From an uncultured Acidobacteriota bacterium (GTDB taxonomy: Bacteria > Acidobacteriota > Terriglobia > UBA7540), in the NCBI GenBank assembly GCA_963804995.1, contig CAWDSK010000003.1:1600001-1664000 (forward strand): 64,000 nucleotides of DNA. Reading direction: 5' to 3'. The position numbers were made by a program, and so were the translations under genes. Under the pieces are notes generated by a model. The model made no database searches. It saw only the letters and a program-made list of their open reading frames with translations, and was not told the DNA's origin. This document shows positions 18,512 through 28,085 of this stretch, piece by piece; within the stretch, counting starts at the first letter, position 1; each line of letters opens with the position of its first letter.

Positions 18512-19477
18512 TCATTTGCGGCCCGCCGCTTCCCCGGGATTTACCGTTGCTGACTTCACGGCCTGCTCAGTCACCCAGGCTGTCCAGAGGGCGGTCGCGC
18601 CGCTCGATAGCAAGGACGATCCATCCAGTACCGCCGCCACAAAATTCTGCACGCAGGGAAAATGCAAATTGGCATGCGGGGCCAGATTCTCCTGTCCCCC
18701 GGGGTAGGCAAGATGCGGACTGTTGAGTGGGGTCAGATCCATTTCACCTTCCGTCCCGATGATGTGGAACTCATCGCGATGCTGCCGGGTGTTCCAGCGC
18801 ACGTCCACGATGCCACGCACCTTGCTGTCATACTCGATGAGCACCGTCGCGCAGTCCTCGACCGCCGCAGGGTGTACAGCGTTCGCGAGGTGCGCCGTGA
18901 CGCGCTGGGGCTCGCCGAAAAGGTAATTCAACACATCAATGCGGTGTGAGCCAACGTCGTAAAGCGGACCACCGCCAGCGAGAGCCGCGTCCAGCCGCCA
19001 CGGGGCATAGTCCTCATCCCCCGGCCATCCATCGTGACACGTGATGTAGGCGAGCAGTGGCTGCCCGATCGCCCCCTGCCGCAGGAGCTCCTGCGCGCGC
19101 CGCAATTTGGGATAGGTGCGGCGGTAGAAAGCAACTCCCAATGTCCTGCCCGCTGCCCCCGCGGCCGCGACCATCGATTGCGCCTCGGCGTAGTTCATAG
19201 CCATGGGCTTTTCGCAGAGGACGTGCTTCCCCGCCCCGAGTGATGCGAGCGTCTGCGGCGCGTGCAGAGATACCGGTGACGCCACATAGACCGCGTCCAC
19301 GCCATCCGCTTTGAGCGCCTCCCCCAAATCGGTAAAAGCCTCTACTCCAAAGCGTGCCGCCTTGGCGGGATCGCGCGTAACGATTCCCCGCAATTCGCTG
19401 CGCTGCTCAGCCAGAATTGCGGGAATCACGCGCTTCGTCGTGATGTCGCCGATGCCAATCACCAGCCACTTCAACAT
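18512..19477 (-). CDS. Gfo/Idh/MocA-family oxidoreductase
   Basis: IGIGDI, GKHVLCEKP, GGGPLYDVGSH. Confidence 0.9.
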   Translation of the reverse strand: MLKWLVIGIGDITTKRVIPAILAEQRSELRGIVTRDPAKAARFGVEAFTDLGEALKADGVDAVYVASPVSLHAPQTLASLGAGKHVLCEKPMAMNYAEAQSMVAAAGAAGRTLGVAFYRRTYPKLRRAQELLRQGAIGQPLLAYITCHDGWPGDEDYAPWRLDAALAGGGPLYDVGSHRIDVLNYLFGEPQRVTAHLANAVHPAAVEDCATVLIEYDSKVRGIVDVRWNTRQHRDEFHIIGTEGEMDLTPLNSPHLAYPGGQENLAPHANLHFPCVQNFVAAVLDGSSLLSSGATALWTAWVTEQAVKSATVNPGEAAGRK

Positions 19478-19499
19478 GCAATCCTCCTGATCTCCGGCC

Positions 19500-21134
19500 T
19501 CACTTCGCAGTCAGCCCTTGCGTGGGGACCGTCCAATCGTCGGTGCGGAAAGGCGGCGTGGGCAATCCCGCCTTATTGTAAAGACTGCACTGGGGATCGT
19601 CCGCCCAGGCGTAGCGCGCGGCCACGGGTTTCGGGACCTGGGGGCTCGAAACCACCACGACATTGCCCTCGATTTTCGCTTCTGCGGCGACGAACTTCTG
19701 GTCCTCCCCAGCCACCTCGAATCCCCCCAGCTTCGCGCCGTGCATCACCAAGCCTCCGCCCACGTGCGTAAAGCGCAGGCGCAGAGTTTTCTTCTCCACA
19801 TTCAGAGACTCAAAGGTTGGTCCCATGTATTCCACTTTGCGTCCGTAAGTGACAGCTTCCGCCGCCAGGGCCAGCCGGCGTCCGACTTCCTGCTTGTTCT
19901 TGGGATGAATATCCTGCGATTCGCCGATATCGGCAGCCACCGCCATCCCGGTTTTCGGCAGCGCCAGGGTTTTGGTTTGCGATTCCCGGACCACCGGCCA
20001 CGTGCCCGGCGGATTCACCAGGCCGTAACTCGCGAGTTGGACAAACAGGAACGAGGAGTCCGGCTCGCCCCAGGCTCGCCGCCAATCCTGAATCATGGTC
20101 CCGAAGAGTTTGCGGTACTGGTAAGCAAACGAGGCATTGGACTCGCCTTGGTACCAGATGGTTCCCGCAATCGCATAAGGCGTGAGCGGAGCAATCATGC
20201 CATTCCACAGCCCGAAGGTCCGCCAGGGATTACTGCGCGGGTCACGGGGTAGGGCGGGGAGAATCACCGCTGGCTTTCCGCTGACCTCAGCCTCCTCTGA
20301 AGACTTTTCCGCCTCCGCCAAATCCCTCTCGTAGGTTTCAAGAAGACGGGGATACTCGGCGATCTTCTGATGCCACGATTCCACCAGCGGCTTGAGCTCC
20401 GTGTCAGCTTGGAGAGCCGAGTCGCTCGTCCAACCCTCGGCCGGTGTGCCGCCCCAGGAGCTTGCGATCAGCCCCACCGGCACGTTGAGCGCCCGGTGCA
20501 AATCGCGGCCAAAGAAGTAGCCCGCCGCCGAGAAGTCTCCAACCGTTTGGGGGCTGGCCTCGACCCATTGGCCCTTGACGTCAGTCTGCGGTTGGGACGA
20601 CAAGGCGTGAGCCACCGTGAAAAGATGGATCTTGGGGAAGTTGCCCGCCGCGGCTTCCTGGTCAGCATTCATGACGCCGCCCCAGGCTCTGGGAGGATCG
20701 TTCTTGACGGCCATCTCCATGTTGGACTGGCCGGAGCACACCCAGACTTCGCCCGCCAGCACGTTGTGGAGGGTGAGGGTGTTCTTCCCCGCCACAGTCA
20801 TCTCCCACGGGCCGCCCGCCTGGAGAGGACCCAGCATGACCTTCCATTGACCGCTCGAATCAGCGGTGGCCGTCTGCTTTTGTTCCCCCAGACTCACCGT
20901 GACTTGTTCGCCCGCGTCCGCCGTCCCCCAGATCGCCACCCGCCGGCCTTGCTGCAACACCATGTTGTCGCCGATTAGCGCCGGCAATCTCACGTCGGCG
21001 GCTGCCGTTGTGACTCCCAGCAAGGCAAACAATCCAGCATACAATCCGGCCAACAGAAGCCGCTGCCCTTGCATAATCCGCAGACCCCAGGCGGCCCGGT
21101 AAATCCTATGAATCAAACTTGGTCGAGTTCTCAT
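19500..21134 (-). CDS. Sialate O-acetylesterase (SASA/SGNH family)
   Basis: DNMVLQ, GEVWVCSGQSNM, WGGT, WYQGESN, DIHPKNK; start uncertain (21134 or 21074). Confidence 0.9.
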   Translation of the reverse strand: MRTRPSLIHRIYRAAWGLRIMQGQRLLLAGLYAGLFALLGVTTAAADVRLPALIGDNMVLQQGRRVAIWGTADAGEQVTVSLGEQKQTATADSSGQWKVMLGPLQAGGPWEMTVAGKNTLTLHNVLAGEVWVCSGQSNMEMAVKNDPPRAWGGVMNADQEAAAGNFPKIHLFTVAHALSSQPQTDVKGQWVEASPQTVGDFSAAGYFFGRDLHRALNVPVGLIASSWGGTPAEGWTSDSALQADTELKPLVESWHQKIAEYPRLLETYERDLAEAEKSSEEAEVSGKPAVILPALPRDPRSNPWRTFGLWNGMIAPLTPYAIAGTIWYQGESNASFAYQYRKLFGTMIQDWRRAWGEPDSSFLFVQLASYGLVNPPGTWPVVRESQTKTLALPKTGMAVAADIGESQDIHPKNKQEVGRRLALAAEAVTYGRKVEYMGPTFESLNVEKKTLRLRFTHVGGGLVMHGAKLGGFEVAGEDQKFVAAEAKIEGNVVVVSSPQVPKPVAARYAWADDPQCSLYNKAGLPTPPFRTDDWTVPTQGLTAK

Positions 21135-21247
21135 CGATAGCACCTTTCCATTGCAATGATGGCCTTCGTTCGGGAGGGATACTACCACCGCCGCCTATTC
21201 CCAGGCCAGAAGCTCGTGCGACTCCTAAGGTTATGCCGGAAGATGGT

Positions 21248-21692
21248 TCACAGTGCCTGCTCGTAGAGCGCCGCCATGTCGGCCTCGGTGCACGGGCGGG
21301 GATTCAATTGGTGGCAAGCATCTTCCATAGCCTTCTTCGCCAGCGCCGGAATCATCTCGTGCGTTACCCCGAACGCGGCGAGGTGCGAGGGAATGCCGAC
21401 TTCGTCGAGCAGCTTGGGAACCCGCGCAATCACCACGCCGGCTGCTTCTGAATCCTGTTGGCGCGCGACGTCAAGGTCCATAGCCAGGGCCAAGTCGCGC
21501 AGGCGGCTTTCCGAACACGCGCGATTGAACTCCAAAACGTGGGGTAGCAGGATGCCGTTGGTCGTGCCGTGATGTAAATTGGCAATGCTCGAAAGAGGAT
21601 GAGCAAGTGAGTGCACAGCGCCCAGGCCCTTCTGAAACGCCACCGCGCCCATGATGGCCGCCATCATCATATTGTTGCGCGCATCGAGATCG
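21248..21692 (-). pseudogene. Iron-containing alcohol dehydrogenase, C-terminal fragment
   Basis: AFQKGLGAVHSLAH..LHHG..N..LLPHVLEFN...NPRP; the N-terminal two thirds are missing. Confidence 0.85.
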
Positions 21693-21817
21693 CTTGATCT
21701 CCTCAAAGGTCATAGAACACCAGTAAGAACAGTGGTTAGTGGCTAGATGAAGGCAGTAGTTAGCGGTTGGTGGTTTGTGGCGAGTCATTAGCCACTGGCC
21801 ACTAACCAATACCTAGA

Positions 21818-23296
21818 TTATTCCAGCGAGACCCAAACCGATTTGACCTGTGTGTAGGATTCGAGCGCGTGTGGCCCCATTTCCCGGCCGAATCCACTCT
21901 GCTTGTAGCCGCCAAAGGGCGAGCTGCTATCAAAGCAGTTGTAATCGTTGATCCAAACCGAGCCCGCCTTGATCTGCTGCGCCAGGCGATGCGCAGTGCC
22001 GATGTCACGTGTCCAGATCGCAGAGACTAGACCGTAAATTGTGGAGTTTGCGATCTCCGCCGCTTCTTCAGGGTGGCGAAACTTGAGCGCTGCGAGCACC
22101 GGGCCGAAGATCTCTTCCTGCGCGATTTTCATCTGCGGCTGCACGTCCGCAAATACGGTGGGCTTCACGAAGAAGCCACGGGCCTTATCGCCCTCCGAGT
22201 CGCGCTCGCCCCCGGCCAGGACGCGCGCGCCTTCGGCACGACCACTTTCGATGTAAGCCAGCACCTTGTCTAACTGCGCTTGGCTGATCTGCGACCCCAT
22301 TTGCGTGGAGGGATCGAGAGGGTTGCCAACTCGCATCTTCCGGGCCCGCTCCGCCAGGGTGCCAACGAATTCATCGTAGATTTTCTCGTGCACCAGCAAG
22401 CGCGAGCCCGCACTGCACACCTCACCTTTGTTGGCATAAATCCCCCAGAAGGCGGCTTTCGAGGCGCGCTCCAAGTCGGCGTCAGGAAAAACGATGTTGG
22501 GGGACTTTCCTCCCAACTCGAGCGACAGGCGCTTCAGGTTGCTTTCGCCGGAGGCTTTCAGCAGGGCCCGCGCGGTGCGCACGCTCCCCGTGAAGGCAAT
22601 CTTATCGACATCCATGTGGCGGCTCAGCGCTTCACCCGCTGTCGGACCGTAACCGGTCACCACGTTCACCACGCCCTCCGGCACGCCCGCCTCACGGCAA
22701 TACTCGGCGAGCCTAAAAGTCGTGAGCGGCGTCATTTCCGAGGGCTTGATCACCATCGTGCATCCCGTAGCCAGCGCCGGGGCCACTTTCCACGCGGCCA
22801 GCAGCATGGGGTAATTCCAAGCCGTGATCATGCCCACCACACCCACGGGCTCGCGTAGCGTGTAGTTCAGGTAATTGCCATCGACGGGAATCGTTTCGCC
22901 GTAAATCTTACGCGTCCAGCCGGCATAGTAATAAAAGATATCGGCGGTGGGCGGAATATCACCGCGCAGTGCCTCGCGAAAGGTTTTGCCGTTGTTCAGC
23001 GACTCGAGCATTCCCAGCTCTTCCTGGTTTTTCTCGATCAGCTCGCCGATGCGCCAGATAATGCGCTCGCGCTTGGAAGCGTTCATCTTGCGCCACACGC
23101 CAGTTTCAAAGGCATGACGCGCGGCCTTAACGGCGCGGTCCACGTCCTCCGCGTTGGCATCGGGTACGGTAGAAAGCTCTTCCCCAGTAGCAGGATTCAT
23201 GACTGGGATGGTTCGCCCACTCACTGAATCCGTCCACTGACCGTTGATGAAGAGCTTGTACGGTTTTAGACCTTGCTTGATTGTGGTGGCATCCAT
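21818..23296 (-). CDS. NAD-dependent aldehyde dehydrogenase
   Basis: AWNYP, FTGS, LELGGKSP, GEVCSAGSR, EEIFGPV, PFGGYKQSGFGRE. Confidence 0.95.
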   Translation of the reverse strand: MDATTIKQGLKPYKLFINGQWTDSVSGRTIPVMNPATGEELSTVPDANAEDVDRAVKAARHAFETGVWRKMNASKRERIIWRIGELIEKNQEELGMLESLNNGKTFREALRGDIPPTADIFYYYAGWTRKIYGETIPVDGNYLNYTLREPVGVVGMITAWNYPMLLAAWKVAPALATGCTMVIKPSEMTPLTTFRLAEYCREAGVPEGVVNVVTGYGPTAGEALSRHMDVDKIAFTGSVRTARALLKASGESNLKRLSLELGGKSPNIVFPDADLERASKAAFWGIYANKGEVCSAGSRLLVHEKIYDEFVGTLAERARKMRVGNPLDPSTQMGSQISQAQLDKVLAYIESGRAEGARVLAGGERDSEGDKARGFFVKPTVFADVQPQMKIAQEEIFGPVLAALKFRHPEEAAEIANSTIYGLVSAIWTRDIGTAHRLAQQIKAGSVWINDYNCFDSSSPFGGYKQSGFGREMGPHALESYTQVKSVWVSLE

Positions 23297-23304
23297 GGCT
23301 GGCT

Positions 23305-24531
23305 TCACCCCTCAGAGCTCGTTGTGACAGGAGTCTCCGCAATGTTCCAGGCGGGTTTGCGGATTTCATGCGGTCCGGTAAAGTGATGGAACGCGAAAAG
23401 CACGATTAACACGACTGCCAAGCTGATCCCCGCCTGAGTATTGGGAGGCATGATCATAACGATACAGATGACAACTGTCCAGACCAGCGCCAGAAGGTTG
23501 ATCAAGTTACTTCGCCGGCCCAAGTGCCACGGGCCGCGCTTGTCAATCCACTGGGGCTTTCGCCTCCGTCCCAAATACACAGGAATGATATACGCCAGAT
23601 AGCAACCCACCACGCTGAGGGAGGTGACGACGGAATACGATCCACTGTAAGCAAGCAGGGAGTTTCCGGCTGAATCTTTGGCATTGAGTACTCCCGATAT
23701 GCTGGGGATCGCCCTAGTCAACGAGAGGATCAGCAGATAGCCGAAGAAACCCGACACGACCACGGACAGCACGATTCCCCACGGCGCCCGGCGTCGCGGG
23801 TCGAGGGTTTCTTCCGCCACGTGGGCCGAGGCGTCATAACCGGTGTAGGTCCACGCCGCCTGGAGCAATCCAAGCAGGAAAAGCCAAGTATAAGGGGCAT
23901 GGATTGTGCTCGAGGAAACCCGTGCCAGCAAAAAACTCACTGGCGGTTTGGGAGCGAAAAGCCATAGGGCGCCGATCAACACGCCGACACCCAGAATATG
24001 CACCGTGACGCTGAGATCGTTGAGCCGTGCCACCCAGCGAATGCCGTAGTGATTGATAAACCCGTGCGAGGCCAGCAGGAACGCGTAAGTGATTAACAAA
24101 ACCAGATTCGTCGACCTTACCCCGAGGATTGGCAGCAGGAACTGCGCGCAGCCAAAATCGATGGCCGCCAGGGCTGCGACCAGACCCACAATATTCAATA
24201 GGGCCGTGAACCATGCCCAGGTGGGACCGCCCAGCTCTGCCGACCAGTGATAGGTACCCCCGGAAGTGGGCAGCGCCGAGCAAAGTTCCGCCATGCTCAG
24301 GGCGACCGTCAGCGTTCCTACGGAGGCCACCGGCCAGCCCAGGGTCATTTCCAAGGGACCGCCCATCTGGAGGCCGTAGTCAAACAGCGTGACGGCGCCG
24401 GTGAGAATCGAGATGATGGAGAAGGAAATGGCAAAGTTCGAAAACCCGCCCATGCTGCGCAGCAGTTCCTGCGCGTAACCAAAACGCTTGAGTTCGCGGG
24501 CATCGCGTTGCGCCTGTAGTTCCCGACTCAT
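23305..24531 (-). CDS. APC-family amino acid/polyamine permease, probably with an internal in-frame deletion
   Basis: GYAQELLR, SNFAISFSIIS, AELCSA.PTSGG.YHW, TGYDASAHVAEET; ATG at 24531. Confidence 0.8.
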   Translation of the reverse strand: MSRELQAQRDARELKRFGYAQELLRSMGGFSNFAISFSIISILTGAVTLFDYGLQMGGPLEMTLGWPVASVGTLTVALSMAELCSALPTSGGTYHWSAELGGPTWAWFTALLNIVGLVAALAAIDFGCAQFLLPILGVRSTNLVLLITYAFLLASHGFINHYGIRWVARLNDLSVTVHILGVGVLIGALWLFAPKPPVSFLLARVSSSTIHAPYTWLFLLGLLQAAWTYTGYDASAHVAEETLDPRRRAPWGIVLSVVVSGFFGYLLILSLTRAIPSISGVLNAKDSAGNSLLAYSGSYSVVTSLSVVGCYLAYIIPVYLGRRRKPQWIDKRGPWHLGRRSNLINLLALVWTVVICIVMIMPPNTQAGISLAVVLIVLFAFHHFTGPHEIRKPAWNIAETPVTTSSEG

Positions 24532-24756
24532 GCTGGGCGGCGTCACGTTGGCGTCCCATCCCTTTCCCTGGAGCTCTTGATCTCTTGGTTGTTGCCCTGT
24601 CGATGTGGACTGCCATCTTAAAGTTTTGCTGCGAGGGGCGTCAAGGTGGAAGTGGGCAGGGGGCGCCTTGTAGCCCGGGGGCATGCGTGATAAATACAAG
24701 GCGCTAACGCTGCCGGTCTGGCGGCGCAGCGGAATCGCTACTCTCGAGGTGCCATC

Positions 24757-27138
24757 ATGCGCGCGGCTTCCCGCCTTCTCACCTATGTGCTCTTCGCCAT
24801 CATGTTGCTCGCAGCAGTTCCGGCGAGTATTTCGAACTCGCAGACGGTCAATCCCGCATTGCTCGCCGAGTTCTGGAAGGCTCGATGGATCGCCCATCCC
24901 GATGGGCCTCCGCGCGAATTTGGGGTTTTCCATTTTCGCAAGACGTTCACGCTGGCTTCGGCGCCGCCGCACTTTGTCATCCATGCCAGTGGTGACAACC
25001 GCTACGAGCTCTTTGTGAATGGGGTTCGGTTGCTGGAGGGGCCGGCACGCGGCGACCTGATGCACTGGCGCTATGAGACGCTCGACATCGCGCCACAGCT
25101 TCACGCGGGCAAGAACGTACTGGCAGCGGTAGTGTGGAACTACGCCGAATTCGCCCCCATGGCGCAGATGATGAACGAGACTGCATTCCTCGTCCAAGGT
25201 GACGGCCCTGAGGAAGAAGCAGTGAACACCGACGGTTCTTGGAAGACACTCAAGGACCACTCCCTAATACCCATTCCATTCAACCCGCGAAACATGGGCG
25301 CTTTCTTCGCGGCGGGTCCGGGCGAACGGGTGGATGCCTCCCGGTATCCATGGGGTTGGGAAAAGCCCGAGTACGATGACTCGGCATGGGTCGCTGCGAC
25401 TGTGGTGGCAAGCGCCGTCGCCCGCGGCGCCAGGGATAGCGCCGCCCGCTGGTTGTTGATACCCCGCAACATTCCCCTAATGGAAGAAACACCGGAACGC
25501 CTTTCGCGCCTGGTGTGGTCCCAGGGGGTGGAAGTGGGGGAAGCTTTCGTGCACGGCGGCGCGCCTATCACAATTCCCTCCAATTCGCGCGCCACCCTGC
25601 TGTTTGACCAAGCGCATCTGACCACAGCATACCCGGAGCTCCTGGTGAGCAGCGGGCTCGGTGCGGAGATTACCCTCACCTACGCGGAGGCGCTCTTCAA
25701 GAACGGCCAGAAGGGTAATCGCAATGAGACCGAGGGCCGTGAGATTCGGGGCTATTACGACCAGTTTTTGCCGGATGGCGGCGAGCATCGGCTGTTCCGC
25801 TCGCTCTGGTGGCGGACCTACCGCTATCTTCAGGTGGACGTCACGACGCGATCGGAGCCGTTGGTGATTGAGGACCTCAAAGGGGCCTACACGGCCTATC
25901 CATTTGAGCTGCGGGCACAATTTTCGAGTGACGATCCCGAGCTCGAAAAAATGTGGGAAGTGGGCTGGCGCACAGCCCGCCTTTGCGCGCACGAAACCTA
26001 CATGGACTGTCCTTACTATGAACAATTGCAATATGGGGGCGACACCCGCATCCAGGCCCTGATTTCCCTGTACATGGCGGGCGACGATCGCCTGGTGAAG
26101 AATGTCATCGAAACGCTTGACGAATCACGCACCCCGGAAGGCCTGACGCAGAGCCGTTACCCTTCGTGGCAGCCGCAATACATCCCTGAGTACTCCCTTT
26201 CCTGGATTGAAATTATGCACGACCTTTGGTGGTATCGAGGCGACGCGGATTTCCTTCGAGGTTATTTGCCAGGGGCGCGCAATGTGCTGCTTTGGTTTGA
26301 GGATCGTCTGGCGCCCTCCGGCCTCTTGGGCCGGCTGGATTGGTGGAACTTTGTCGACTACACTCGCGCCTACAGAGCGGGCATCCCACCCCTGGAGGAG
26401 AACGGCCAATCATCGATCCTGAGCCTTCAGTTTGTCGAAGCGTTGCGGGCGGCCGCCGACCTTGAGTCGGCTCTCGGCAGCTCGCAGCAGGCGCAACAAG
26501 AGCGTGCTTTAGCCGCAAAGATCAGCGCGGCGGTGTACAAAACTTGTTGGGACCCCGTCCGGCATCTGCTCGCTGACACCTCCGCGCGCAAGAACTTTAG
26601 CCAGCATGCCAATATTCTTGGCATCCTCGAGGATGCCATCCCGCCCGGCGATCAGGCCGCGGTGATGAAGACGGTGCTGAGCGATTCCTCTCTCACTCCG
26701 GCCACATACTACTTCCGGTTTTATCTGTTCCGCGCCATGAAGAAGAGCGGTTTCGGCGATCAATACCTCAGCCAACTCGGCCCCTGGCGGGGGATGCTGG
26801 CGCTGGGGCTCACCACGTGGGCGGAGATGCCAGAGCCCACGCGCTCGGACTGCCACGCCTGGAGCGCGCATCCAAATTTTGACCTGCTGGCCATCGTAGC
26901 CGGAATTGAGCCTGCCGCCGCCGGTTTCCGCGAAGTCGCGATTCGTCCTCAGCTTGGTCCACTCCAACACCTCAAGGCTGCCCTCCCGCACCCTGAGGGG
27001 ATTATCCAAGTGGCATACGAACGCCATGGGAAAGGATTGACGGTGGAAGTGGATATGCCCCAGAAATTGAGCGGTTGGTTCTACTGGGGAGGCACGCGAA
27101 CCGCCCTTCACGGCGGGCATCAACATTTGGTGTTCTAG
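24757..27138 (+). CDS. Alpha-L-rhamnosidase-like glycoside hydrolase (GH78)
   Basis: FRKTF, SGDNRY.LFVNG, DCPYYEQLQY.GD, TTWAE, RSDCHAWS; signal peptide. Confidence 0.85.
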   Translation: MRAASRLLTYVLFAIMLLAAVPASISNSQTVNPALLAEFWKARWIAHPDGPPREFGVFHFRKTFTLASAPPHFVIHASGDNRYELFVNGVRLLEGPARGDLMHWRYETLDIAPQLHAGKNVLAAVVWNYAEFAPMAQMMNETAFLVQGDGPEEEAVNTDGSWKTLKDHSLIPIPFNPRNMGAFFAAGPGERVDASRYPWGWEKPEYDDSAWVAATVVASAVARGARDSAARWLLIPRNIPLMEETPERLSRLVWSQGVEVGEAFVHGGAPITIPSNSRATLLFDQAHLTTAYPELLVSSGLGAEITLTYAEALFKNGQKGNRNETEGREIRGYYDQFLPDGGEHRLFRSLWWRTYRYLQVDVTTRSEPLVIEDLKGAYTAYPFELRAQFSSDDPELEKMWEVGWRTARLCAHETYMDCPYYEQLQYGGDTRIQALISLYMAGDDRLVKNVIETLDESRTPEGLTQSRYPSWQPQYIPEYSLSWIEIMHDLWWYRGDADFLRGYLPGARNVLLWFEDRLAPSGLLGRLDWWNFVDYTRAYRAGIPPLEENGQSSILSLQFVEALRAAADLESALGSSQQAQQERALAAKISAAVYKTCWDPVRHLLADTSARKNFSQHANILGILEDAIPPGDQAAVMKTVLSDSSLTPATYYFRFYLFRAMKKSGFGDQYLSQLGPWRGMLALGLTTWAEMPEPTRSDCHAWSAHPNFDLLAIVAGIEPAAAGFREVAIRPQLGPLQHLKAALPHPEGIIQVAYERHGKGLTVEVDMPQKLSGWFYWGGTRTALHGGHQHLVF

Positions 27139-27227
27139 GGCACCCCTTTCGAGACTTGAAGGAGATTAATTCAAGACGGAAGTACGTGACCGCAATCGTG
27201 CGGCGACTTCGTGGGAGTAGAAACGAT

Positions 27228-28085
27228 TCACCGCGAGGCCGACAACCTTGCCCGTTTCGGGGACTCCCGCGTGTCAGCTAAAGGCTTCAGCGCCGTGATT
27301 TTTAATAGCACCGGGATGACCTTGCCGCCGCTGATGATTTCCATATGCCCATACTGAGAACGCAGGAAAAGCAGCCGGGCCCGAGTTTCGCGAGGCGTGA
27401 AGGTAGAAGATGTTTCAGGAATGCTGCGCCGCCAAACTGTGCCAGGCGTGCGGCGTGCAAAGCGATTGGATCGCCGGTAAGTGTCATACGCCACCAGCAC
27501 CATGCGATGTGACTTCCCTCTGGCTGGGGTACTAAGCCAAGCACGGAAATCATTCTGGCCGCCATACAGGCCATCCAGGAGGATCACGCACTGAAGGCGC
27601 GGTTCACGCAGCCAAGGCAGGATGGTGCGAAAGGCCCCGCTGTGACCTACCACCACCACCGGCCCCGGCGGCAGGCGAAAGGGTGAATTCTCGTTAACCA
27701 CGCGCAGCAGAGCACCGAGCGACTCCCAGGAAATTCCGTCATGGATCGACTGCGGCGCCTCCGGAGCGATGAAAACCGCATTCCGCCCGCTCGCTTGAAA
27801 TTGCGCTGCCAGGTGATCCTCCGTCCAAGTTTGATCGACGGAAGTGAAAAATCCGTGCACATAAACAACAATACCGGCCGTGCGCGGGTCATAGCCGGCC
27901 GGACGCCACACATGCACGGGGCCGTGCTCGGTTTCCAGACGCGCCTCTTCACCTTCGCTATCCGGCGCCTGAGGGGTTTCGGTCTGCTCCTGCATTGCAC
28001 GGTTGTGGGCATATGAACTGGGGGCGACCCCTAGCGAAGCGCATACCCATCCCGAGAATATTAGGATCGTGACAAACCATTTCAT
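27228..28085 (-). CDS. Secreted alpha/beta-hydrolase-like hypothetical protein
   Basis: Signal peptide MKWFVTIL; VVYVHG, VVGHSGA, LLDGLY; ATGA overlap with the upstream gene. Confidence 0.65.
   Translation of the reverse strand: MKWFVTILIFSGWVCASLGVAPSSYAHNRAMQEQTETPQAPDSEGEEARLETEHGPVHVWRPAGYDPRTAGIVVYVHGFFTSVDQTWTEDHLAAQFQASGRNAVFIAPEAPQSIHDGISWESLGALLRVVNENSPFRLPPGPVVVVGHSGAFRTILPWLREPRLQCVILLDGLYGGQNDFRAWLSTPARGKSHRMVLVAYDTYRRSNRFARRTPGTVWRRSIPETSSTFTPRETRARLLFLRSQYGHMEIISGGKVIPVLLKITALKPLADTRESPKRARLSASR

Noticed and set aside
24532..25260. N-terminal 243 aa of the 651-aa permease ORF
   Set aside because: Overlaps the divergent GH78 gene; permease homology begins at ATG 24531.
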